DNA of 64,000 nucleotides, from contig CAZCME010000004.1 in assembly GCA_964499705.1 (NCBI GenBank), positions 124,001 to 188,000 of the forward strand, given 5' to 3'. Positions within the stretch are counted from its first letter, which is position 1. Each line of letters starts with the position of its first letter. The notes beneath the pieces are model-generated. The model ran no database searches. It saw only the letters and a program-made list of their open reading frames with translations, and was not told the DNA's origin. Of this stretch, positions 18,273-27,590 are shown piece after piece. The position numbers and the translations under genes were made by a program. The stretch is from an uncultured bacterium (GTDB lineage Bacteria; UBA8481).

Positions 18273-20059
18273 TACCGCCGCTCGATGAATTCGGCCCGCC
18301 GGTTCATCTGTCGTCCTTCGGGATGATCGCTTCCATCCCTCATGGTGTTCGGCGCGATCGGAACGGCTTCGCCCTGGGATACGGTGCTGAGACGTGTCGG
18401 GCTGATCCCGAATCTCTGCACGAAGAAATCCCGAACGGACTCCGCGCGCCTCATCCCCAGCTCCATGTTGTATTCTTCGCTGCCCTTCGCGTCGCAATGT
18501 CCTTCCAGAAGGAAATCGAGCTCCGGTTCGTCGCGCATGATCCGCGCCACCGTCAACATCGTGTCGATGGCGTCGGGTCGGATGACGGATTCGTCAAAGT
18601 CGAAATGGATGCGGAACCGCCTCGCTTCGCGCACGGTCACCGTGATGATCTCGGCGTCCGTCGCTTTTCCGCCCGGACCCGTGGCGACCAATTCGTATTC
18701 GCGAGTCGCCGTCGGGCAGACCTCTTTGGTTCCGTCCGCTGCGACCACGTCGCCATCGAGCGTGATCTTCGTCGCGTTCCTCGTGTTCCAACTGAGCAGA
18801 ACGCATTCTCCCTTGTAGATCTGGTTCGTGTTGGCGGAGAGATCGGCCGTCGGCGCCGGCGGCGCCACAACAGTCAAGAGAGCAGACGATGTCGCGCTGC
18901 CTCCGGGACCCGTCGCGACCATGTCATACGTTTGAGACGATGTCGGGCAGACTTCGCGGGAACCATCGAGCGCCTCAGATCGGCCGTCGATCGTCACCTT
19001 CGTCGCATCCGTCGAGTTCCAGGAGAGCGTCGCGCATTCTCCTCGCACGATCGTGGATGGAGCGACCGAGATCCGCGCGGTCGGCACGGGCGGCGGCGGC
19101 GGCGGTTCCGTGACGGTGACCGTCGTCGATGCGTTCGCTCTTCCTCCGGGTCCTCGAGCCACGAGGTCATAGCTCCGGGTTGAAGTCGGCGAAACGATCA
19201 TGGATCCCCTGAGCGCGACAACATCACCGTTGATCTCGGCTTCGGTCGCGTTTTCGGAGTCCCACTTCACGGTCGTGCTCTGGCCGCGTTCGATGGTGGA
19301 CGGATCGGCTGAAATCCACGCCGTCGGCGCGGGCGGAGGCGGCGGCGGAGGCGGCGCCATGACGATGATCGTCGCGGCGTCGGTCGCTTGTCCGCCTTCG
19401 CCTGTCGCCACGAGATTGTAGGTCGTCCTGACCGTCGGCGTCACAATCATGTTGCCGGACAGCGCTACCGATTTTCCGTTGATCATCGCTCGATCCGCAT
19501 GGGATGTGGTCCAGGATACCGTGCTGGCAGCACCGGTTATGATGCCGGAGGGATCGGCGGTGATCCGGGCGGTCGGAGCCTCCGCCGCATCGGCGGCATA
19601 AGGAACGATCTGGTGATCGAGCGCCCAGCTTGCATCCGCGATGTATCGTTGGATCAGAGAAATGTTGGCTCGGCGCCCTTTCTGCAGTTCGTGCGCGACG
19701 ATATGGAGATCAGCTTCCGCGCGGTCGACGCGCCACTGGTGTTCGGGAGCGTGCGCCGGCCGCAGAATGGCCTGGCGGAGACGACGGCGGAGTTCGGTGT
19801 ATTGCGCCGCATACGCCCGATTCGCCGCGTAGTCTTCGGAAGAGAGCGCCGGAGGAACGGTAGGATTACCCGCGCCGAGATCACGGAGCATCTGTTCCGC
19901 GCGGCGATCGCCTTGAATCTGCATCGCTGCCACGGCCCGCGCGAAGTACGTGCTCCGCGAAGCCCCCGCCTTCGCCAGGGCCTGTGCTTCGGGCGCAACA
20001 ACAAATGCCGCGGCAAAAAGCGCACAGAGCGCTAGTCCAATCCAGATCTTTTGTTTCAT
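18272..20059 (-). CDS. OmpA-family peptidoglycan-binding protein with four tandem Ig/PKD-like repeats
   Basis: Signal peptide; 4 repeats PTA.I.A.P..I..G....SW....A...I.G..VA..G...V.PT....Y.LVATG.GG with poly-Pro linkers; C-terminal IHFDFD..EGHCD..GSEEYN.ELG.RRA..NRR. Confidence 0.9.
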   Translation of the reverse strand: MKQKIWIGLALCALFAAAFVVAPEAQALAKAGASRSTYFARAVAAMQIQGDRRAEQMLRDLGAGNPTVPPALSSEDYAANRAYAAQYTELRRRLRQAILRPAHAPEHQWRVDRAEADLHIVAHELQKGRRANISLIQRYIADASWALDHQIVPYAADAAEAPTARITADPSGIITGAASTVSWTTSHADRAMINGKSVALSGNMIVTPTVRTTYNLVATGEGGQATDAATIIVMAPPPPPPPPAPTAWISADPSTIERGQSTTVKWDSENATEAEINGDVVALRGSMIVSPTSTRSYDLVARGPGGRANASTTVTVTEPPPPPPVPTARISVAPSTIVRGECATLSWNSTDATKVTIDGRSEALDGSREVCPTSSQTYDMVATGPGGSATSSALLTVVAPPAPTADLSANTNQIYKGECVLLSWNTRNATKITLDGDVVAADGTKEVCPTATREYELVATGPGGKATDAEIITVTVREARRFRIHFDFDESVIRPDAIDTMLTVARIMRDEPELDFLLEGHCDAKGSEEYNMELGMRRAESVRDFFVQRFGISPTRLSTVSQGEAVPIAPNTMRDGSDHPEGRQMNRRAEFIERR

Positions 20060-20150
20060 GATGAAATCTCCTCTTTCTACGTAATCTTCGAATGATTCAA
20101 ATGGGTATCCACCGTCGCCCGCATTGCGTGCATCGCAAGCAACAGTAAAT

Positions 20151-20196
20151 AATGTACACGATTGGGCTGTCCTTTGACTCCGGGGTAAAACCCTAC
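20151..20196 (-). promoter_or_regulatory. Regulon box upstream of OmpA repeat protein
   Basis: 20178-20196(-) GTAGGGTTTTACCCCGGAG +21 nt TACATT. Confidence 0.65.
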
Positions 20197-20232
20197 CTGG
20201 GATGCAACAGGGTCATGACGAGAAGGAAAAAC

Positions 20233-20928
20233 TCAGAAATTCAGTTTTACGGTTCCTCTCAACTTGAAAATGTTCAACTCCGCCGTATAAATCCTGCCGC
20301 TGTCGTCCCGGAATGATCCTCCCAATCCGTTGCGGCTGACGCCGAGATTGAATCGATCGGCGTAGGTGACATACATCTTGGGATCGTCGAGCTGGGAGAC
20401 GTCGTATCCGACGCGGAACATCGTCGACATGAGATAATCGGTCATTCCGACCGGCTTGACGAGAAAAAGGGTTCCGAGAATCGCTGCCGTGCCCGCCGTC
20501 GTAACGATGATTCCTTCTCTAAAATCGGACTTCTCGATTCCCAGGGAACCCGCGGACTCTTCGGCGCGTTCGAACTTATCCTGAGCCTTCCGAAACGCCT
20601 GAAGGTAATAGTCGAAGGGATTGTCGATCGAACGGCGATGCATCTTCTGGATCTCGCGCGCGACTTTATTGATAGCCCTGTTCGCCATTCCTCTTCGCGG
20701 GGAGCCTGTGGCCGCGGGGGCCTCGACATCAAAGACGCTCGATGTTTGAATCGAGGGCTCGCTCTGGTTGAATTCCGAACTCATGGCGCCCCGCGCGTAA
20801 GGCTCCGGCGCCTGTCGCGCCGCGCTCGTGGTTTCATATTCTCCGATAGGAGGTGTTGCCGCGACAGCCGTTGCGAAGAGGATCCCCGCCGCCGCGACGC
20901 GGAAACCATGGAGGCAGATGAGCATCAT
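20233..20928 (-). CDS. Hypothetical exported protein, C-terminal Phe
   Basis: Signal-like N-terminus; amphipathic beta C-terminus ending GTVKLNF. Confidence 0.6.
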   Translation of the reverse strand: MMLICLHGFRVAAAGILFATAVAATPPIGEYETTSAARQAPEPYARGAMSSEFNQSEPSIQTSSVFDVEAPAATGSPRRGMANRAINKVAREIQKMHRRSIDNPFDYYLQAFRKAQDKFERAEESAGSLGIEKSDFREGIIVTTAGTAAILGTLFLVKPVGMTDYLMSTMFRVGYDVSQLDDPKMYVTYADRFNLGVSRNGLGGSFRDDSGRIYTAELNIFKLRGTVKLNF

Positions 20929-20958
20929 CCACGACCTGGTTTCCGAGCCCTCGCCGGT

Positions 20959-21177
20959 CTACCTCTCGTCTTCCGGCGTCAGGACATATCCCGCCCCTGC
21001 TCCGACGACTCCGCCGACGACCGCACCGGCCACCGGAGCTCCTACCGTGCTACCGACCACGGCGCCGGCCACTGTGCCGACTCCCGCGCCGATAGCGGTA
21101 TTCTTCTGAACCGTCGAGCATCCGACCGTGGTTGCGATGAGGATTCCCGCCGCAAGTGCTGACAATCTCTGCTTCAT
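20959..21177 (-). CDS. Glycine-zipper small lipoprotein (OsmB/YMGG-like)
   Basis: Lipobox TVGC then AIGAGVGTVAGAVVG...GAVVGGVVGAGAG. Confidence 0.85.
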   Translation of the reverse strand: MKQRLSALAAGILIATTVGCSTVQKNTAIGAGVGTVAGAVVGSTVGAPVAGAVVGGVVGAGAGYVLTPEDER

Positions 21178-21228
21178 TTCATTCACCAGCTTTCATAAGT
21201 AACTATCCGCGACGCGACCGACCTGCCG

Positions 21229-21292
21229 CTATAGGTGAGAACCCACGTGGGTGAAGACCCCATAGCGACCGAGTTTTCCACTGCGGTAGAAT
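21229..21292. promoter_or_regulatory. Back-to-back regulon boxes (near-palindrome) driving divergent genes
   Basis: CTATAGGTGAGAACCCAC|GTGGGTGAAGACCCCATAG (21229-21265); plus-strand -10 TAGAAT 21287-21292. Confidence 0.75.
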
Positions 21293-21298
21293 CTCCTC

Positions 21299-21502
21299 AT
21301 GAAAACTATCCAGCAGGAAACATCGAATACAAGTCATCAACTCTCACAATTTCCAACTGCCTCGCCTACAGCATCGCGCAGCGAAATGACTCGCCAATGG
21401 CGCTCTTTGCTGTCGGAGAAATGCCCGCGTGGACGAACAACACGCTCCTGGTTGAATACCAAGGCGGAGTCCATGAACCAGCTTCTCACGATGATGGGTT
21501 GA
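21299..21502 (+). CDS. Small hypothetical protein (possibly leaderless)
   Basis: ATG 6 nt after TAGAAT; 67 aa; no recognisable motif. Confidence 0.4.
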   Translation: MKTIQQETSNTSHQLSQFPTASPTASRSEMTRQWRSLLSEKCPRGRTTRSWLNTKAESMNQLLTMMG

Positions 21503-21512
21503 GGAGACTACG

Positions 21513-22178
21513 ATGATCCATGCCTGCATTCTCGCGCTGACCATCCTCACAACGGCCGTCAACGCCGACACATCGAAATACGACCAGAAGATCAGCCGCG
21601 CCAATGAAGTCATGGTGGAAGCCATAACGCGCGAAGGCGCCGGCATTCCTCCCCAACTATTGCGGCAGTGCAAGGCGATCATGATCTTCCCCGGAGTGAT
21701 CCGCGCCGGTTTCTTCTGGGGCGGCCGTTTCGGCGAGGGGATCACGGTGGCGAGAACGGAGAGCGGCGCATGGTCTGCGCCCGCGTTCTACTCCGTGGTC
21801 GGAGGAAGCTGGGGACTGCAGATCGGCCTCGAATCCGTGGATGTGGTCATGCTTGTCATGAACCAGCGCGGATGGGAAGCGCTCCTCAAGCAGAAGTTCA
21901 CGCTCGGCGCGGATATCTCCGCGACCGCCGGCCCCAACACGGCATCGGCGCAGAGCGATATCGACATCGCGCTTAAAGCCGACATCGTATCCTACGCGCG
22001 AGCCCGCGGTCTGTTCGCCGGCCTGGCTTTGAACGGAGCACGGATCGCTTCGAGCACGCAGACGAACCGGAATTTCTACGGAAGAGATCTCTCTGTGGAC
22101 GACATCCTGGTCCGCAATCTTCCGCCGATGCCCGCCTCTGCGGCTTCGCTCATGGTGACGCTCTCACCGTATAAATAA
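21513..22178 (+). CDS. Lipid-binding SYLF (Ysc84-like) domain protein
   Basis: IPPQLL..CKAI.IFP...AGFFWGGRFGEG, WSAPAF, GGSWGLQIG, YARARGLFAG, NRNFYG. Confidence 0.92.
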   Translation: MIHACILALTILTTAVNADTSKYDQKISRANEVMVEAITREGAGIPPQLLRQCKAIMIFPGVIRAGFFWGGRFGEGITVARTESGAWSAPAFYSVVGGSWGLQIGLESVDVVMLVMNQRGWEALLKQKFTLGADISATAGPNTASAQSDIDIALKADIVSYARARGLFAGLALNGARIASSTQTNRNFYGRDLSVDDILVRNLPPMPASAASLMVTLSPYK

Positions 22179-22278
22179 TCGAGCGCGAGCTACTGTAAAT
22201 CGACTCGACGAACTGATCCGCTCGGACGAAGACGAATAACCACGGCCAAATCGCAAGGCGATACGACGCCTCGCGCTT

Positions 22279-23574
22279 TCATTCGCAGGGCAGATTCATG
22301 GTGAAGACGACCCATCGGCCCGGGCGATTCGCGGCGGCAAGCGTTCCGCCGTGCGCGGTCACGATCTGCTGCGCGATGTAAAGCCCGATACCCAGCCCGG
22401 CGAGTTGCGTTGCCGGATTCTCCCTTGTGTACAGTTCGAAAATGCGTGACAGATGTTCTTCGGGAATGTCGTTGCCCTGGCTTGCGACCGTCAGCCGAGC
22501 CCGGCCTCCCTCCAACGCCGCTTCGATTCTGATCGGCTTGCCACGGCCGAACCTTATCGCGTTCGACAGAAGGTTATCAATGACCTGGTCGATACCTTCC
22601 TTGTCCCATAGCCCCGCGATACTGGGCTCCAATTCGAGTTCCAGATCGCATCCGTTCCTCGACAGTTCGGACGCATGCCGCGCGCAAACCTCTCGAGCAA
22701 TCTTCACGAGATCGCAAGGGGATCGGCGCAGTTCCATCCGGCCGGAGTTGTATCGCGAAAGATGGAGCAGGTTATTGACGAGAAGAATCATGCGGCGCGC
22801 CAACCGTTCGATCAGCTTCATGCCTTGCTCCGTCTGCGAGGGATCAGTCGGATGACGCCGCATCTCTTTCTCCATTCCTTCCACCTGGATGAGGAGCGCT
22901 CCCAATGGGGTCCTCAAGTTATGCGCTGCGGCGGTGATGAACTCATCGCGCTGCTTGAGAGCTTCCTCGGCTTTCTGCCTTGCGGCCAGCTCGCCGGCCA
23001 GGAGCAGGGATCGCTGCTCCTCGATATGCTTCTGCGCGGTGATATCGCTCATGGCCAGGCGACAGAGAAGCGCGCCCGTCGTATCATGCCGCGCCACGGT
23101 CGCATCGACGCGCGCCCAGAACATTCCACCGGACGGTCGCTTCATGCGGAGTTCAAAGGCCTGAGCGTCGCCGGTCGCGAAAAGTTTCTTCCGATGAAGG
23201 TAATAGACGCCCAGGTCTTCGCTATCGATGAAGCGGGTGAAGAGTTGCCGCGCCAGATCACCGCGGGAAAGCGCCAGCATGGCGCCAGCTCGAAAGTTCG
23301 CTTCAAGGATCATGCTTTTTTCGCTCAGGGTGAAATAGGCAACCGGAGCCATGTCATAAAGATCGAAGTATCGCGCTCGCGCGGACTCCTGTGCGGCATG
23401 AGCCATGAGCAGTTCCTCGTTCTGCATCTCCAGTTCCACATGGTAAACGCGCAGTTCTCGGAGAAGCGTCTCCCCCTCTTCGACCGGCATCGTCCCCATG
23501 TCGGAGACGGTCATGGCAGACAGCTTCTCCTCTGCTTTTTGGCGCAAATCAGCCCTCCCCGCCATCGACGTCAT
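22279..23574 (-). CDS. PAS-domain sensor histidine kinase
   Basis: ELRVYHVELEMQNEEL, YFDLYDMAP PAS, AHNLRTPL, NLLSNAIRF, GLGIGLYI. Confidence 0.9.
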   Translation of the reverse strand: MTSMAGRADLRQKAEEKLSAMTVSDMGTMPVEEGETLLRELRVYHVELEMQNEELLMAHAAQESARARYFDLYDMAPVAYFTLSEKSMILEANFRAGAMLALSRGDLARQLFTRFIDSEDLGVYYLHRKKLFATGDAQAFELRMKRPSGGMFWARVDATVARHDTTGALLCRLAMSDITAQKHIEEQRSLLLAGELAARQKAEEALKQRDEFITAAAHNLRTPLGALLIQVEGMEKEMRRHPTDPSQTEQGMKLIERLARRMILLVNNLLHLSRYNSGRMELRRSPCDLVKIAREVCARHASELSRNGCDLELELEPSIAGLWDKEGIDQVIDNLLSNAIRFGRGKPIRIEAALEGGRARLTVASQGNDIPEEHLSRIFELYTRENPATQLAGLGIGLYIAQQIVTAHGGTLAAANRPGRWVVFTMNLPCE

Positions 23575-24920
23575 GACGCTGAGCCGTTCATGGTAAGATC
23601 CGTCACCTTGTTCTGAAGCTCCGTATTGACTGTCATAAGTTCCTCGTTGATCGAATGCATTTCCTCCCTGGATGTCTCCAGATCTTCATTCGCTGTCTGC
23701 AGTTCCTCATTGATCGATTGCATCTCTTCATTCGCCGTCCGCAATTCTTCGCGGGACGTTTCCAGCTCTTCGATGGTCGTCTGGAGTTGCTCATCCCTGG
23801 CCCTTATGTCCAGCGCATGCGCGGTGATACCCGCATAGCGTTCAGCGGCGGGATGGACCGCGACGGTCTTTTCCTCAGGGAGAATGCCGGCGCGAGTCAA
23901 CTGAGGCGGCGTGGAGACGACCGGCGGAGCTGGCCATGAACCGTCCACCTGCAACGGGAGCGAACTGGAATCGTCGGACCTTCGAAGGAAAATCCTGCTC
24001 CTGTTGTCGAGCGCTGAAAAAAGCGTCGGAAACTCGATCACGTTTTCAGAGGTCCCGAGAATCAGCAATCCGTCAGGACGCAATGCACGATGGAAGAGAG
24101 GAATGATCCGATTCTGAAGTTCCGCATTCAAATAGATGAGCACATTGCGGCAGGTGATGAGATCGATGCGCGAGAGAGGCGGATTCTTGATCACATCATG
24201 CACGGAAAAGACAAGGGTATCGCGAACAGAATCGCGGAGGCGATATGTGCCGTCCTCCGCGCTCTTTGAGAAAAATCGCAAGAGCCTCTCGGGTGAGACG
24301 TCGGTCTCGATGCCGGCGGGATAGACGCCTGCGCTGGCGGTATCCACGGCCTGCTTGTCGACGTCCGTGGCGAAGATCTGGATCTGAAAAGTTTGTTTCA
24401 TCTTTTCCATTTGCTCCAGGATGAGAATGGCGATGGAGCAGGCTTCTTCGCCGGTGGAGCAACCGCAGATCCAGACGCGGATCGTCGAACCCGCTGGTTT
24501 GCGGGCGAAGAGCCGCGGGATTGCTTCCTGCTCGATCGTCGCGAAAACCTCGGCGTCGCGAAAGAAGCCGGTTACGTTTATGAGGATGTCCTGGAAGAGT
24601 GCACAGGCCTCCTCCGGGATATCCCGCAGGAAGCGCAGATAATCGTCGGGATCTTCCAAAGACGCGGCCTCCATCCGCCGCCGGATCCGGCGCACGAGAG
24701 AATTCTCCTTGTATTGGGAAAAATCATGTCCGGTGCGCTCCCGCAGGAGCGCGCAGATCTTCCTGATCGTGATATCGGGGACATCACCAGTCGACGGCAG
24801 CGCGCCCTGCGCATGATGATGCGCAGGGGCGCGCGATATGAGAGCCGGGGTCGAATCAGTGCTTGATGCCACGTCCGAGCTCTTCAATGGCTTCGCCGAC
24901 TTTTCGCTTTGCCGTGCCAA
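23571..24920 (-). CDS. CheR-type methyltransferase with coiled coil; reduced CheB-CheR fusion derivative (start uncertain)
   Basis: RTGHDFSQYK, LINVTGFFRD, GCSTGEEA, FATDVD, CRNVLIY, EELETSREEL..NEEMQS.NEELQ repeats; listed TTG start overlaps csbD. Confidence 0.8.
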   Translation of the reverse strand: MARQSEKSAKPLKSSDVASSTDSTPALISRAPAHHHAQGALPSTGDVPDITIRKICALLRERTGHDFSQYKENSLVRRIRRRMEAASLEDPDDYLRFLRDIPEEACALFQDILINVTGFFRDAEVFATIEQEAIPRLFARKPAGSTIRVWICGCSTGEEACSIAILILEQMEKMKQTFQIQIFATDVDKQAVDTASAGVYPAGIETDVSPERLLRFFSKSAEDGTYRLRDSVRDTLVFSVHDVIKNPPLSRIDLITCRNVLIYLNAELQNRIIPLFHRALRPDGLLILGTSENVIEFPTLFSALDNRSRIFLRRSDDSSSLPLQVDGSWPAPPVVSTPPQLTRAGILPEEKTVAVHPAAERYAGITAHALDIRARDEQLQTTIEELETSREELRTANEEMQSINEELQTANEDLETSREEMHSINEELMTVNTELQNKVTDLTMNGSAS

Positions 24921-25062
24921 TGCCCGCCTGGGCCTTCCCCTTGATCTGCTGCTTTTCGCCCTTGGCCGTCAGCTCGGGTGCGCTTGCGGCTTTGCCGATA
25001 ATCTGCTTGGCGTTTCCCTTGACCTGTTCGTACTTGCCCTTGATCTCATCCTTATTCCACAT
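24856..25062 (-). CDS. CsbD-family general stress protein
   Basis: MWNKDEIKGKYEQVKGNAKQIIG...KGEKQQIKGKAQAGIG; AAGGAG RBS. Confidence 0.9.
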   Translation of the reverse strand: MWNKDEIKGKYEQVKGNAKQIIGKAASAPELTAKGEKQQIKGKAQAGIGTAKRKVGEAIEELGRGIKH

Positions 25063-25214
25063 GATTGTCGCTCCTTTATCGATTTTGATTGTGCTCGAAC
25101 TATCCGTATTCAATACGCCACCATAAAGCTTCAGAATCCGCAAATGCCCGTGAACATATTCAGGATGCGTCAAGCGACACCGGATGCGTTCCGCGGAGTT
25201 CATCGTCGGAACCG

Positions 25215-25733
25215 CTAGATGCCCTGGGTCTTGTTATGCGCCAAGAGCTTGAGAAGGCCGTTGACGGCGAGATGAATCAACATGTAAATGATGAAGGCCA
25301 TGAAGTACGAAAGCATCAAGCGCATTTCGCCGGCCGCCGGATTCGGCAGAACTCCGAGGAACGGCCCCAGAACCGGTCTTGAGATGGCGTCGACGATCTG
25401 CTTGATCCCGCTGGACTCGCGCGCGGCGACAAGTTCCATGAGAATCTCGAGGCCGATGATTCCGTACACCAGGTAGAAGGCGTAGTTCAGAAATTCGGAG
25501 ATGCGTGAAACAGATCTCGCCCGCGCGATTTCATCCTCGGTCGTGGCTATCTCGCGGATCGCCTTCTGCTTCAGATGCCGTGCGACACCTTCCGCCTGAG
25601 CCTGATCGGCGGACGTGATCTCCACACTTCGCGCGATTTCGCCGTGAATCTCGGTGCGCACTTCGCCTTTGATCGCTTCATGCTCGCGAAGCCTCTCGGA
25701 TTCATCGATCGCAACCTTGTCGTTTGTGTTCAT
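25215..25733 (-). CDS. YggT-family membrane protein
   Basis: Two TMs flanking VDAISRPVLGPF; ATG 6 nt after TATGCT. Confidence 0.75.
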   Translation of the reverse strand: MNTNDKVAIDESERLREHEAIKGEVRTEIHGEIARSVEITSADQAQAEGVARHLKQKAIREIATTEDEIARARSVSRISEFLNYAFYLVYGIIGLEILMELVAARESSGIKQIVDAISRPVLGPFLGVLPNPAAGEMRLMLSYFMAFIIYMLIHLAVNGLLKLLAHNKTQGI

Positions 25734-25739
25734 GAACAA

Positions 25740-25784
25740 AGCATAGAGTTCGGCGAGCCCGGCCGATACAGGGTCAAACCCTAC
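25740..25784 (-). promoter_or_regulatory. Regulon box upstream of yggT-like/csbD
   Basis: 25766-25784(-) GTAGGGTTTGACCCTGTAT +20 nt TATGCT. Confidence 0.7.
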
Positions 25785-25877
25785 CGGGGATTCTTGTCTC
25801 AGCCCGCCTTTCGCTTAAGACATTTTGAATCGTGAGTCCGAACATCCCATAATGGCGTCCTCACCTGCAACAAATCA

Positions 25878-25964
25878 GGAGGGATGCGCGAGTGGTTGAG
25901 TCGAGCGGTCTTGAAAACCGGCGAGGTTGAAAGGCCACCGTGGGTTCGAATCCCACCCCCTCCG
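25878..25964 (+). tRNA. tRNA-Ser (TGA)
   Basis: GGAGGGATG...CT TGA AA anticodon loop, long variable arm, GTGGGTTCGAATCCCAC T-arm; CCA not encoded. Confidence 0.93.
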
Positions 25965-26109
25965 ACGAGAACCAACTGGCCGTATCTCCGCCCCGGTAAC
26001 AGAAAGCCCGCGTGGCAATACGAAAAAACGTACAGACAATCTCGTTGAATCCGCAGGGCCCAGCATTGTAAATATTACGCAGCTGTTATTCCCATACGGA
26101 GGAATGGAA

Positions 26110-27555
26110 TTGACGAAACATGGCGGGAATGTGATTCGAAGCTGTCTTGGAGCCGGAATGGCGATGCTGCTGATCGCGATTCCTTCGTCCGCGGGAGAGG
26201 GAACCAGTCTCAAGATGGAACCCGTCATTGCCGGTCCGGTGCGGGAATTCGAACCTCTCGACTTTTCGCGCATTCCGATCGTCGAGGATGGAGTCGTCAA
26301 GGGATTCCGTCCGGTTCTGCCGGATGAAATCATCGAGATGAAGAGGATGCGGCCGAAGCGCGATATGGCCGGACATCTCATCCGGGACGATCAAGGCAGG
26401 CCTGTTCTCGTGGAAAAGACCTATCGCGGCCGCGCCTCCGAGATCATCGCCCAGTTGAAATCCTGGGAGCAATTTCTCAATTCCATCGGCCGTTCCCTCA
26501 ACGACCCGGTCGAACCCCTCCGGGAAACACAACCGCTCATCATGCGCCTGGCCGGCACCGATCAACGGACGCAGATGCTCGCCGCGCAGAGAGAGGAGCT
26601 CGGCATCCGGCTTCTGTGCACTCCTTCGCAGATCACGAAGGCCTCGGAACTCAAGGCGCGAGTACAATCGAACGTCAGTTCAGGAAGGCTCCTCGACAAC
26701 ATGCGCAATCCCGGCCCGGGGTCGATGGAAGCTCCCGCACTGGCGAATTTAGGCAAGACCAATCTGCCGGGCGCCACCGATTACGAACATGAACTGGCGG
26801 ACTGGTCCGTCAGCTATGGCGAACGCGATGTCTTCCAGGCGTATGCTGGTATAGAAGCCAGGGCGTGGGGTTCGAGCGGCAGGCAGGTCGGAGTGGAAGG
26901 ATCGGCGGAAGCGTATATCTATCTCTTCGACTCGAAGAAAACCATCTTCGAACTCTCGACCTACGCCAAGGCGAAAAAGGAAGACTTCACGAGCGAGATG
27001 TCCTTCATCGTGCTCGGCGACGTGTACATCGACGACGACGCGGATTACGACGGGAGCTTCAGGACCGTTACCGAAGACGAGCGCGTGAGCGTGAGCGTCC
27101 ATAAGTCGGTGAACTTCATGGTCGGCCCGGTTCCGATCGAAGTGGAGGTCGGCGCGACAGGCACCGCTACATTGACGCTCGAGAACACGGCATCAGCCTA
27201 CTCCGTGGACGCACATGTCATCCCCGAGCTCAAGGTGGATGCCTATGCCACCGCCGGCGTGGACATATTGATCGCGGAAGCGGGAGTGGGATGCAACCTG
27301 ACCGTGGCCGATCTCGAACTCGACTTCTACGGCAACTGCAGAATCTCGGACCAGAACACCGAGACCGCGAAGTACTGGAGCGAATGGGGAGGAGATGCGG
27401 ACCTGACTTTGCTCGATGGATATCTCTACCTTTACGCGACCGTTTGGAATCCGTTCGGAAGAGATCCTTACTACGATGTCTCGATCCTGAACTGGAACGG
27501 GTATAGCTTGCACAACACGATCTTCTACGACGACAAGAATCAGAACGTCTATTAG
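26110..27555 (+). CDS. Secreted beta-rich protein, putative lipid-transfer beta-sheet shell
   Basis: GGAGGA +6 nt TTG; signal-like MAMLLIAIPSSAG; long amphipathic strands FMVGPVPIEVEVGATG...IPELKVDAYATAGVDILIAEAGVG. Confidence 0.7.
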   Translation: MTKHGGNVIRSCLGAGMAMLLIAIPSSAGEGTSLKMEPVIAGPVREFEPLDFSRIPIVEDGVVKGFRPVLPDEIIEMKRMRPKRDMAGHLIRDDQGRPVLVEKTYRGRASEIIAQLKSWEQFLNSIGRSLNDPVEPLRETQPLIMRLAGTDQRTQMLAAQREELGIRLLCTPSQITKASELKARVQSNVSSGRLLDNMRNPGPGSMEAPALANLGKTNLPGATDYEHELADWSVSYGERDVFQAYAGIEARAWGSSGRQVGVEGSAEAYIYLFDSKKTIFELSTYAKAKKEDFTSEMSFIVLGDVYIDDDADYDGSFRTVTEDERVSVSVHKSVNFMVGPVPIEVEVGATGTATLTLENTASAYSVDAHVIPELKVDAYATAGVDILIAEAGVGCNLTVADLELDFYGNCRISDQNTETAKYWSEWGGDADLTLLDGYLYLYATVWNPFGRDPYYDVSILNWNGYSLHNTIFYDDKNQNVY

Positions 27556-27590
27556 CCGGCTCCTGTCTCGTTTCATGCGCTAGCCTCAAG

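Noticed and set aside
18640-19580. Repeats as possible CRISPR/VNTR
   Set aside because: Degenerate in-frame protein-domain repeats with no constant repeat-spacer structure; no CRISPR array seen in the window
25875-26381. ORFs overlapping tRNA-Ser (also 29479-29896)
   Set aside because: Translations of tRNA sequence (RRGWDSNPR artefact)
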